Assembly: GCA_949297665.1 (NCBI GenBank)
Contig: CASFTO010000015.1
Coordinates: 3,395 to 67,394, forward strand
Source: an uncultured Alphaproteobacteria bacterium
GTDB lineage: Bacteria > Pseudomonadota > Alphaproteobacteria > RF32 > CAG-239
Length of the DNA stretch: 64,000 bases
Reading direction: 5' to 3'
This document shows, in pieces, positions 46,354 through 55,663 of the stretch; within the stretch, counting starts at the first letter, position 1, and each line of letters begins with the position of its first letter. The position numbers and the translations under genes are program-made. The notes under the pieces are model-generated. The model did no database searches, was not told where the DNA came from, and saw nothing but the letters and a program-made list of their open reading frames with translations.

Positions 46354-49300
46354 GAATGCTACAAAATCTGATCTTAGGTGTACTTATCTTAGGCTCAGGA
46401 ATTCAAGAGGCCAAAGCATTTTTCTTATTGCCACCGATGCCATGGGATATAGAAGTGGATGTACCGGCTAATGCCAATAAGATAGTGTCCAATGTAAAAA
46501 CCCTATATCGTCAGGCACAAACCATAAAGTCTGAATTAAACAGTCAGAAATTGGAAATTCTGAAAAAAGGGCAAGCCTTTTTAAATACAAAATTTAAAAA
46601 ATACGAAGAAGGCGGAAAAAACAAAGCCCCTGGGAGAGGGGAGCTCAGCAATAGTAGTCTGCTGAAAATAACGGAACACGGATTGAATGAAGAAGAAAAC
46701 TTTAACGCATTTCATACATTATTTTTGGTATATCCCCCCAAGAGTTCATATCCGGACAACTATCCTGCGGCCAAAGTGGCCTATATGCGTAAAGCCGATG
46801 AGTACAAGCAAGATGTGATTATGGAAACATACTTAACCGGTCGAGTAACGGAAAATTACCTAGCCTTAGTAGAAAAAACAATTGAGCGTTTGGATCACTG
46901 CCAAAAAGGCTTATATACCGAAGCCGAGATGGCAGAGCATTGTGTATTTTTCGGTTTACAAATGGCCTATGTTGAACCGAATAAAGAAAATCTGGATAAT
47001 GAAGGAAGTCCGGAAGAGAGTACAAATCCCGGACAATATGGAGAAGTCTTAAATGCTTATATTGTAACAACCGTTTACGATAGGCTAATGCGTATTGTAG
47101 AAGATTTAACCGGTACGGAAGCCCAATTCATATCAGCTATACAAATTGATAGTGTAGATCCGATAGAGCCTGAAGAACAGAGTTCCGCAGAGGAATATAT
47201 TGAAAACGGATATAGGTTTGCATATAGCGAGAGCAAAACATATGCTTTAGCGACAGGGCAAATGCTTGGCGGAGATTATATTCGCAGTCAAGAATGTGCA
47301 AATGGTGGGAAAAACTGTCCTGATGAGAACGAGGATATAGCCGAGATTAAAAATACGGATGACACGGCAATATTAGGTAAATTACTACCGATTGACGAGC
47401 AATTAAGAAATGCAATGAATTTGCACAATTTAAAGTCCAAATTAGACGAATATAAGACTCAATACAGAAAATACCTTAAATCAAAAGAAATACATGAAAG
47501 AATGATGAAGGTACTAAAGAAGAGTGAGGAAAGTGTAGTTAGTTTCTTAGATAGATACAGTGGCGGCAAGGGTGAAACAATTTGGTATAACGGAAATAAG
47601 CCGGCAAAAGTAAACGAGCACGAAAATCGCGGAGGTTTATCGAAAGAAGTAATTTTAGAGTATCAAGAAGACACGACAGACAAGTTAATAGGTACGGATA
47701 CTGGTGAATGTGACGGATTTTATGAATCATGTCCGGATGGATATGAATTAGATAGTGGCAATCCATGCGTATATACAGATAATAATGGAAACAGTGTAAC
47801 GAGCGCAACAATGTTTGCTTGTGTATTAAAAACCGTAACATCAGATACCGATCCGGAGGGAGATCCGAAAGTTTCTTTTGAACCAAAATTAGAAGAAAAT
47901 TACAGTATAGCAGGAGAAAATAATCAACGCGATTATAATGATACGGACTACTTTGAAGAAGGTAACGAAGCGGAAGTCGTAGAAGTAGACAATCGTGTCA
48001 AAGCCGAGAAGAATTGGCGTATCGGCTATGATAAAATTATGAAATTAACGGAAGATGGCACATTGAAGTTTGAGCCGTGGAATGACCAGAAAAACCTGCA
48101 AACAGAATATTTGCGCAACAAATATCGCAATATGAGAATGATAGTCAAAACAGCGGATCAAGGTCTATTATCGCAACGAGTAGCCAAAGTATTAGCTAAT
48201 GAGAGCAAAAATGTCGGCCCGATAGAAGAAGTATTACCAGCGGTATCTGTCTGCAAATTAACGACAGACGCAACGGAAGATGCATTTAATCAAGACTGCT
48301 CAGACTATAGTGGTTCGTGCTCACAAGGAGGAGACACCGCATCGTGCTCTGGTACTAAAGTAATACAATGTCCGGCATATGATTCGGAAGGTAATTTATA
48401 TTACTATTCAGTAACATTAACCTGTACGGTAAATGGTGATAACAACACCGGAAAGATTAACGGCTCCAAAGAAGTCGGATGCAGTAAGAGTACTGTTGGC
48501 ATAAGTTACAGCCAAACGATTAAGAGTTTATCTGGAGGATGCGATTTCACAAAAGCCGGAAGTGATTATCACGCCGTCGAGGATACAAGTGAAACATGTC
48601 CAAGCAAATGGGATTTAACCACTAAATTCCTGGTACGCAGATACATTCCTGGTGTAACGGCAAGTTGGATAAATGGTGGCAGTTATGAATCCCAATGTCA
48701 GATGGATTTAGGAACAGAAACATTGGATAAAGAAAATGCACATTTATATACAAACACCAACGCAGCCGGAAGAGTTGTTGCCTCAGATCATTTCCAAGAG
48801 CTTATAGAAATGCGTAAAGAGCTTGAGAAAAAATTAAAAGCGATGGTTGATGAATATGAGAAGAGCATGCAAAGTCTAAAAGCAACGCTACGCGCAACAA
48901 TTGCAAGCAGAAGTGAGTATGGTCAAAAACTAAGTGACAAGACGGATGAAAAGAATGAGCTTGTGCAACAGCGCCAACGTTCATTAAAACGAGCAACGGC
49001 AATTATAGCGCAAATAGAGGAATTAAATACACGCGTCGAAGAATTGCAAGCACATCTGGATGAAAGAAAGCCAACTCCCAAGAGTTTACAAAAGGAGATT
49101 GAATCACTAACGATTGGTGCCGGTGAAGATATGGATAAATTTGAAAATCCGACTTTGGCGCAAAGGATAGGACAGATTCCAGCCTTAAAAGAAGAATTAG
49201 CCTTTATCTGTTACAAAGCACCGACAAACGACGATGATTATAAGGTATGCAAAGAATATAGTGGTACAGCTAATAAAGAAGAACCGTATGACGAAAATAC

Positions 49301-51773
49301 GCGAGAAGAAGATAAATTCGAAAACGTAGCCGATTTACATACAAAAATTACTGCTAAAAACACGGAAATTGACAGTATATCCTCAATGATGCAAGTTCTT
49401 CAAGATAGGATAGATTCGTTAAATGAGCAAATAGAACAAAAGGCTCTCGAATTTGCGGATAATTATGTAAAAACATCAGAAGAAGGCCAAAGAGCCCTTG
49501 AAGCTGCCAACCGAATATTTGAGAATAAATTGGAAATTAAAGAAGATGGAGTTTCTGAACCGGATAGAATGGTCAGCAATAGCAGGGAATGGTGCAAAGG
49601 ATATGGTCCTTTGGGAGTTATATGTCGAGATGGATACAGCCATGAATATAAATATGACAATCTGAGTTGGACAATAGCCCGAGTAATGTATGGCAATGGC
49701 TCGGCGAATAGCGAAAGTGCCGTTGCCGGAGAATTACCGGAATTAGTCAAAAAAGGTATTGAAGACAGATGGTTTGCAGATGGTTCATGGCTAAGCTACG
49801 CGGCAAATAAACTAAGTAACGAAGGAAAAGTAGTCAGAAAATTTGTTGTAGAAGGAGGCTGCTTGGCACCATATGGTGTAGCAGATGGGCTATATACACC
49901 AACAACGCTGGCAAAAGCCCTAAAAGAGAAATCCGTAGAGGAAGCGGTGGCTGATTTATCCATCGGAAGTGAAGCCTACATCAACAAAGCAGACAAGATC
50001 ATTAAAGATGAAATTGACGCTGCGGTAGAAGAGATTACGGATGTGATGGAACTATGGGGCGTAACCGGAGAAGAAGGCACAGAAGCAAATCCTGCCATTT
50101 TTGAGCATAGCAATTATGCTGATGATGGAGCGACAGAAGGAACGCAATCTGTAACGAAAACACACTATGAGTTGTTGGAAGATTTAAATAAAGCCGAAAA
50201 TCAAAGTATACTGGATGCCGCAAGCATTGAGTTAAAAGAGGTATTTGGTATGCCGGATTCTGTTGCGACGGATGATGACTACTTTGCAGCTTTACCGGCA
50301 AGAGGTTATTTTGCAGGCAAAGATACCTATGTACAATTTGGTCGCGACAATGAAAAATTTGTCTTTGACGAGAATGATGGTCGAGATTATCGTGCGCCGA
50401 GAAAACCATTAATGAACCTTGCGCCGATAAGAGAAGTATTTTACTTTAGTGCTCTTGATTATGATGACGTACCGCAAAAAGACGGAAAACCATCACTATC
50501 GGCATTGATTGATGTAAAATACAAAAATGTAGACATTGCAAGTGCAAAAGAAGTAGAATATCTACCGGAAGCATGGAGATATTTACTGGCGACACCAAAT
50601 CTAAGAAAAGGACCGGAAAAATATCAACATACATTTGTTGAGCGCGGCTATGGTTTGGATAAATTGAAGAAATATCTAAACAATGAAAATATAGACGGAG
50701 CCGAAGAATGGCATTACCGCGCTATTATCGGAAGAGGCGGAGTATATCCGTGTAACTTAGGCGGTCGCGTCATAGATGTCGGTGGAGGCGATGGTGTTGG
50801 AGATATCCAATTTAAGCAAAGAAGCAGCTTACCAGCCGATATATTGAAAGCGGAAGAGTGCCAGGAAGTTGAATCCTATAAAGGAGGAGTTCGTCAATTG
50901 TTGGCCGATCATGATGCCAAAGATGACAGCAAGTCAAAAGCGCTTCAAGGAAGTCTAGGAGGAACAACAGAGCCGATGTACTTGAAGTATAGTGAATTAG
51001 GTCAATTCCTGAATGGAGATTTGCAATATCGTCCAATATTAAAGAACATCTACGATTATTTACTAAGTGAAGATAATCAAGAAAACAACATAGAGCGTCA
51101 ACGCGCGGATACAGCAGTGTTCAAACGTAATGTTATAGGCTCATTCTTAGAGTCGGTAAATGCAGAACATACGGCACAGAAAGCGCTGGAAAAGAATGAA
51201 CAAGAAGCAAAAGATTCTCTGAAAAACTTGTGTATGCAACTTCATAATTTTGGCACGAGTGTCAATGGCGAGAGTTGCGAAGACAAAGAAGATAGCGAAT
51301 GCATGGAAGAGATTGCGGAAACCTGCGCTGAATTCATAATGGAAAACGGAGGTCTTGCAAAAGATTCGTTCGACGACAAGTACGATGTAGATTGTAGCCA
51401 GTCCGGTTCAAACTCTTACTATGAAACGATATTCTGCAAACTGAATGATTTAAAAGATGAAGCAGTGAAGAAAGCAGAAGAAGGATACAGTGAAGGAGAA
51501 AATGAGTATGAAGGTTACAACGAAGTAAAAGGCATGGAAGGAAACGAAAAGATAGAAGAACGTAAAAAGTTGATAGAGAACTATCTTGAAATCTTTAAAG
51601 AAACGGATGCCGATGAATTGTCGTATGTACAACCGGATGCGACGCCGGAAGAAGTTGCGGAAGCCGTAGAAGAGGCTAAAGCAAACAGAGAAGCATCTCT
51701 GGACGCAACAGAAGAAGGTCTGACATCAATGGATAACCAAAGCCAAGCCGTACCATACGCACCTGTATATTAA
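46338..51773 (+). CDS. Giant secreted protein (1811 aa), array member 5 of 5
   Basis: The signal peptide ends IQEAKA and the mature N-terminus is FFLLPPMPWDIEVDVPANANKIVSNVKTLYRQAQTIKSEL. Cys-rich segments (about 47.7-48.7 kb), coiled coils (about 48.8-49.5 kb) and an acidic C-terminus follow. No TM segments were seen. The start overlaps the member 4 stop by 16 nt. Confidence 0.6.
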   Translation: MVKVLRMLQNLILGVLILGSGIQEAKAFFLLPPMPWDIEVDVPANANKIVSNVKTLYRQAQTIKSELNSQKLEILKKGQAFLNTKFKKYEEGGKNKAPGRGELSNSSLLKITEHGLNEEENFNAFHTLFLVYPPKSSYPDNYPAAKVAYMRKADEYKQDVIMETYLTGRVTENYLALVEKTIERLDHCQKGLYTEAEMAEHCVFFGLQMAYVEPNKENLDNEGSPEESTNPGQYGEVLNAYIVTTVYDRLMRIVEDLTGTEAQFISAIQIDSVDPIEPEEQSSAEEYIENGYRFAYSESKTYALATGQMLGGDYIRSQECANGGKNCPDENEDIAEIKNTDDTAILGKLLPIDEQLRNAMNLHNLKSKLDEYKTQYRKYLKSKEIHERMMKVLKKSEESVVSFLDRYSGGKGETIWYNGNKPAKVNEHENRGGLSKEVILEYQEDTTDKLIGTDTGECDGFYESCPDGYELDSGNPCVYTDNNGNSVTSATMFACVLKTVTSDTDPEGDPKVSFEPKLEENYSIAGENNQRDYNDTDYFEEGNEAEVVEVDNRVKAEKNWRIGYDKIMKLTEDGTLKFEPWNDQKNLQTEYLRNKYRNMRMIVKTADQGLLSQRVAKVLANESKNVGPIEEVLPAVSVCKLTTDATEDAFNQDCSDYSGSCSQGGDTASCSGTKVIQCPAYDSEGNLYYYSVTLTCTVNGDNNTGKINGSKEVGCSKSTVGISYSQTIKSLSGGCDFTKAGSDYHAVEDTSETCPSKWDLTTKFLVRRYIPGVTASWINGGSYESQCQMDLGTETLDKENAHLYTNTNAAGRVVASDHFQELIEMRKELEKKLKAMVDEYEKSMQSLKATLRATIASRSEYGQKLSDKTDEKNELVQQRQRSLKRATAIIAQIEELNTRVEELQAHLDERKPTPKSLQKEIESLTIGAGEDMDKFENPTLAQRIGQIPALKEELAFICYKAPTNDDDYKVCKEYSGTANKEEPYDENTREEDKFENVADLHTKITAKNTEIDSISSMMQVLQDRIDSLNEQIEQKALEFADNYVKTSEEGQRALEAANRIFENKLEIKEDGVSEPDRMVSNSREWCKGYGPLGVICRDGYSHEYKYDNLSWTIARVMYGNGSANSESAVAGELPELVKKGIEDRWFADGSWLSYAANKLSNEGKVVRKFVVEGGCLAPYGVADGLYTPTTLAKALKEKSVEEAVADLSIGSEAYINKADKIIKDEIDAAVEEITDVMELWGVTGEEGTEANPAIFEHSNYADDGATEGTQSVTKTHYELLEDLNKAENQSILDAASIELKEVFGMPDSVATDDDYFAALPARGYFAGKDTYVQFGRDNEKFVFDENDGRDYRAPRKPLMNLAPIREVFYFSALDYDDVPQKDGKPSLSALIDVKYKNVDIASAKEVEYLPEAWRYLLATPNLRKGPEKYQHTFVERGYGLDKLKKYLNNENIDGAEEWHYRAIIGRGGVYPCNLGGRVIDVGGGDGVGDIQFKQRSSLPADILKAEECQEVESYKGGVRQLLADHDAKDDSKSKALQGSLGGTTEPMYLKYSELGQFLNGDLQYRPILKNIYDYLLSEDNQENNIERQRADTAVFKRNVIGSFLESVNAEHTAQKALEKNEQEAKDSLKNLCMQLHNFGTSVNGESCEDKEDSECMEEIAETCAEFIMENGGLAKDSFDDKYDVDCSQSGSNSYYETIFCKLNDLKDEAVKKAEEGYSEGENEYEGYNEVKGMEGNEKIEERKKLIENYLEIFKETDADELSYVQPDATPEEVAEAVEEAKANREASLDATEEGLTSMDNQSQAVPYAPVY

Positions 51774-51791
51774 GAGGAACAATAGCAAAGA

Positions 51792-52550
51792 ATGGTCAAT
51801 TTAATAAATCAAAAAATACTGCGTCTAACCGACAGAGTTCGAGCCAAAGAAGCACCTGCTTTTATAACAGAAGATGTTGTAGAAGTAAAACGAGCAAAAT
51901 TGATTTATTACAAATGGATAAGTAGGTTAATGGCTATGTTGGCTACTATATCTTTGCTATATGGTGTATGCACGACGTTGTCGATTTTGAAGTTAGCCCC
52001 TGAAATAATAATAGATCCGCAACTATTTGTAGAATTATCAGATTCACAATCAATGGTAAAACGAGAAAGAGTTGATCGCTGGATGGAGTCTCGTGAAAAG
52101 ATAATGATAAATTTTATGAAACAATATGTAGAGCTTCGAAATACATACATAAAAGATGAGAAAGAAATGAATAATCGCTGGCTATGGGGAGGTCTAGTTT
52201 CATATTTATCGACATATCCTGTTTATAAGGAGTTCGAAAAAGTATTCCCCAAATTTAAAGAGGAGATGGTAGAAAAGGAGGGCAGTCGCTCGGTAGAAAT
52301 TCTTTCGGTAGAGAGAACGGGAGGGGAAAACAGTAATACATGGAAGATAGAATTTAAGACCTATGATTTTACTTTCAAGCAAAATCGGCTAAACCGTCGA
52401 GCCAGTATTACGCCAACAATAGAAGAAAGATATTGGACAGCAAATATTCGCGGCTATGTTGATCCAAACAGGAGAACCGCATATCGTCGTCTATTAAATC
52501 CATTAGGCTTTGTTGTATACAGTTATTTTCAAAGTGAAATAGAGATTTAA
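51792..52550 (+). CDS. virB8: T4SS protein VirB8, paralogue a
   Basis: 252 aa, bitopic (TM LMAMLATISLLYGVCTTLSIL). The periplasmic NTF2-like region ends RRLLNPLGFVVYSYFQSE, containing the VirB8 NPLGF motif. Confidence 0.8.
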   Translation: MVNLINQKILRLTDRVRAKEAPAFITEDVVEVKRAKLIYYKWISRLMAMLATISLLYGVCTTLSILKLAPEIIIDPQLFVELSDSQSMVKRERVDRWMESREKIMINFMKQYVELRNTYIKDEKEMNNRWLWGGLVSYLSTYPVYKEFEKVFPKFKEEMVEKEGSRSVEILSVERTGGENSNTWKIEFKTYDFTFKQNRLNRRASITPTIEERYWTANIRGYVDPNRRTAYRRLLNPLGFVVYSYFQSEIEI

Positions 52551-52692
52551 AAAAATTTTAAGTATTAAGAAGCTATAATATCCACAAACGATTTAGCCTG
52601 TTGATAAGTCGAGACAATTTATTTTCTCGTTAGACTTTTAAAAATAAAAGTTTTAGATATAAATAGACAGGAAATTATTTAGAGGGGTAATC

Positions 52693-52881
52693 ATGTATAA
52701 AGCATTAGTTATCGGGTTTGCTGTATTAATATTAGCTGCTTGTAATTTAATAGGAAGTTATTATGAACCGGAACCAGTAGGCATAGGTAAAGATGTTTAC
52801 GAATTAAAATTATCACCATGTGCATGCATAGAAGTTGAATTGCCCAAGACTTTACCGGATTGGTTTAAGGCAATAAGCTAA
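52693..52881 (+). CDS. virB7: Small lipoprotein in the VirB7 position
   Basis: 62 aa with signal peptide and lipobox VLILAAC. It lies between two virB8 paralogues, exactly as rvhB7 does in Rickettsiales. No sequence motif beyond the lipobox was recognised. Confidence 0.55.
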   Translation: MYKALVIGFAVLILAACNLIGSYYEPEPVGIGKDVYELKLSPCACIEVELPKTLPDWFKAIS

Positions 52882-52901
52882 ATAAGTTAGGGCAAAATGT
52901 A

Positions 52902-53660
52902 ATGGTAGAGCAGATATCCTCAGAGAACACTAAGAAACTTTTATTGGAAGGGCGAGGAATTGAAAAGCCTCAGCCAAGGGTAGCACGACCTCAAAAAAGA
53001 GGAAATGCAGATATTATAGTAGAAAATGCAACTGAAAAAAGGTATCTGTGGACTGCTCGTGCTTTTGCTATAATTTTTGCAGTCAGTTTATGCTGCAATT
53101 TAATTTTAACGTATGTAATCATAGCAATCATGCCATTATATCGCATTGAACCATATTTATTCAGCTTTGCAGAAAAAAAAGATCAAATATATACGATACA
53201 TCCAGTTAAAAACATTTATGAATATAAATATTTGACAGAAATTTTTGTACGTGAGTATGTTTTACTTCGAAATACATTTGTAAACAACGTGGAAGAAATG
53301 GAACAGCGATGGGGGGCTGGTGGAACGTTGCAAGAAATGTCTTCACCAGGGGTATATAGTCAATTTCGCGAGAATTTTGCAGATAAAGCAATTGATTTGA
53401 TACGAAATCATAACATAACCAGAAATATAAAAATATCATCGGTAACGGAAGTTGGTGGTAAGAATGGTGAAATGTGGTGGCAGGTAGAATTCAGAGTAGA
53501 AGATATGATGCCGGAATACGAAACCCCGAGATTAAGTGTGTGGTTAGCCTCAATAAAAATACAATATAGAGCCAAAAGAGTAACATTTGGGGAGAGACTG
53601 AAAAATCCTTTAGGATTTACGGTGCTTGACTATAAACAAGTCGAAAGAAAAACGAATTAA
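52902..53660 (+). CDS. virB8: T4SS protein VirB8, paralogue b
   Basis: 252 aa, bitopic (TM AFAIIFAVSLCCNLILTYVIIAIM), ending ERLKNPLGFTVLDYKQVE. Confidence 0.8.
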   Translation: MVEQISSENTKKLLLEGRGIEKPQPRVARPQKRGNADIIVENATEKRYLWTARAFAIIFAVSLCCNLILTYVIIAIMPLYRIEPYLFSFAEKKDQIYTIHPVKNIYEYKYLTEIFVREYVLLRNTFVNNVEEMEQRWGAGGTLQEMSSPGVYSQFRENFADKAIDLIRNHNITRNIKISSVTEVGGKNGEMWWQVEFRVEDMMPEYETPRLSVWLASIKIQYRAKRVTFGERLKNPLGFTVLDYKQVERKTN

Positions 53661-53680
53661 ATAAATGTAGGAATTAGAAG

Positions 53681-55663
53681 ATGAAAGTAGTAAATATTTT
53701 ATCCATAGTAATGATATCAATGGGGATGATAATTCCTACAGTATCCGCGCAGGTAACAAAAGATAATCTAGATCAAAATGCAGATCAAAGCCAAGGGAAT
53801 TACGCTGCAACTAATTTAAACTATTTGGGCGGAGGCGGTTCATTAGGCATGATGCAAAGTGCATGGAAAGATCCTTTGCAACACATGGGAGAAGGACAAA
53901 CACGTCCCGGATACACAAAATACTACTGGACACCGGAATTAGTTCTACCGGTAAGAGTAAGAGAAGGTATGTACACTTTAATAAACTTTCCGAATTGGGA
54001 AGTTATAGAGAATGTATATATTGGAGATGGACAATCGTTTAATGCGGAAATACAAGGTCCGTCAAGTTTAATGGTGTATCCTGATTCTTCGCAATTTGTC
54101 GGTGTAGATACCAATATGATTGTTTTTGGTCGATCTGGAAACAAATATGTTTTTTATGTACAAAGTGAAACAGTTAATACCGATAGAATAACCAATGCGA
54201 TAATAGATATAGAAGTAGTCAAAAGGCGTCAAAACGCAACAGGCTCTGCCGTGATAGGGAGCAACAATGGAGGTGGACATATAAATGCAAATACATATGG
54301 GCACAATGGCAGCAGTGCGGATGCGACTTTTACAAGGGATTTACAAAAAGAAGACTGGATTGAAAAAATTCCGGTAGATCCAACAAAGTTCCGTTTTGAT
54401 ATAGAAGTATATGTCCCCAATCCCGATGATATTGTAATAGCACCGGAGCGTGTATGGCGTGACAATATTTTCACTTATATAGACTTGGGAGACAAAGCAT
54501 TAACTGCAAATCAAAGACCGATAGTAACATTAATTGTGGAACGCTCAGAAACCCCTATTGGTTTTAGAACAGCGGGACCGAATAATCGTCTGATAATAGT
54601 AGAAGGCATGGGAGATATGGTTCTTCGCAGTGGAAAGAGAATAGTATGCCTAAAATTAAGAAGAGCGGATTCGGATGGTTTGGAAAATACAGTATATGCG
54701 AAGACAAATGAATGGGATTTGCAGGCTAAGAATTATCAAAAAACAACCGAAGGAAAAGAAAATAATACAGGATCATATGAGAATGTGTATGAGGGTGATG
54801 TCCAAAAAGAAAATAATCAAAAGAAATCATTCTTTGGTATCAGTTCGTTCTTTGGAGGTTCACAAAATACGGATAGTTCATCAACAGATACCAATGGCTT
54901 AAGTTATGAAGATATGATAAGCGATAAAAAGAATACGTCCGGTCAACAATCCGAGAAAGCAACAAATATGGAAGAAATAACCCCGCAAGATAAGATTAAG
55001 CCGCAAACAAATCTAGAAAGCAAAACTGAAGAAACAACTCTGTTGAATTCAATACCTAAGGCTAAAACATATGTAGCAGCTCCAACTCCTCAAGAAAGGG
55101 GAATAGAATTAACAGGACAGTATGATACAAAAGCGGATGGAGCCGAATTAGTGACACCACAATATGAAAATAAGCCTGATGTATCAGTAACCTACCAGAA
55201 AGAAGTTGAGCAAAATACAACAATTCCGGAAAGTATTAAGCAAAATACATCAACTCAATTTGGAACCTCAAGCAATAATTCAAGACCTATCTTGATTACT
55301 CCTAAAGATGAAAATCTAGCAAAACAGAATTCATTGGTAAGCGCGGAAACAGAGGCTTTGCTCAAAGAATTTAGAGATGGAAGGGCTTTTTCAAATAGAG
55401 ATGAAAGCAACATTTCCATAGAATTAGGAACAGATAAAGATGTAAATAATTTAGAAAAATTATGGAATGATATTTCTAAAAATTACTCAGCAACATTAGG
55501 TAAATATCAGCCGTTTTATTCAGTAGATACACCGGCAGATGGACAAGGAAAAGAAGTATTTCATCTTCGTGTAGGTCCTGTAAAATCATTAGATGAAGGG
55601 GACAATATATGCAGCCAATTAGGTCGTAACGGAATATTTTGCAGCGTGGTCAGAATACAATGA
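53681..55663 (+). CDS. virB9: T4SS outer-membrane core protein VirB9 fused to a C-terminal SPOR-like domain
   Basis: 660 aa with a signal peptide. The VirB9 N-domain reads YTKYYWTPELVLPVRVREGMYTLINFPNWEVIENVYIGDGQSFNAEIQGPSSLMVYP...TNMIVFGRSGNKYVFYVQS. The VirB9 C-domain reads FRFDIEVYVP...IAPERVWRDNIFTYIDLG...RLIIVEGMGDMVLRSGKRIVCLKL. A low-complexity linker of about 240 aa follows. The last ~80 aa read ISIELGTDKDVNNLEKLWNDISKNY...FHLRVGPVKSLDEGDNICSQLGRNGIFCSVVRI, which is SPOR-like. Confidence 0.8.
   Translation: MKVVNILSIVMISMGMIIPTVSAQVTKDNLDQNADQSQGNYAATNLNYLGGGGSLGMMQSAWKDPLQHMGEGQTRPGYTKYYWTPELVLPVRVREGMYTLINFPNWEVIENVYIGDGQSFNAEIQGPSSLMVYPDSSQFVGVDTNMIVFGRSGNKYVFYVQSETVNTDRITNAIIDIEVVKRRQNATGSAVIGSNNGGGHINANTYGHNGSSADATFTRDLQKEDWIEKIPVDPTKFRFDIEVYVPNPDDIVIAPERVWRDNIFTYIDLGDKALTANQRPIVTLIVERSETPIGFRTAGPNNRLIIVEGMGDMVLRSGKRIVCLKLRRADSDGLENTVYAKTNEWDLQAKNYQKTTEGKENNTGSYENVYEGDVQKENNQKKSFFGISSFFGGSQNTDSSSTDTNGLSYEDMISDKKNTSGQQSEKATNMEEITPQDKIKPQTNLESKTEETTLLNSIPKAKTYVAAPTPQERGIELTGQYDTKADGAELVTPQYENKPDVSVTYQKEVEQNTTIPESIKQNTSTQFGTSSNNSRPILITPKDENLAKQNSLVSAETEALLKEFRDGRAFSNRDESNISIELGTDKDVNNLEKLWNDISKNYSATLGKYQPFYSVDTPADGQGKEVFHLRVGPVKSLDEGDNICSQLGRNGIFCSVVRIQ

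Noticed and set aside
52551-52692. Possible promoter (TTAGAC-17-TTAGAT) in the 142-nt gap before the VirB7-like lipoprotein gene
   Set aside because: The hexamers are weak in an AT-rich spacer where such matches are common. There is not enough support to annotate it.
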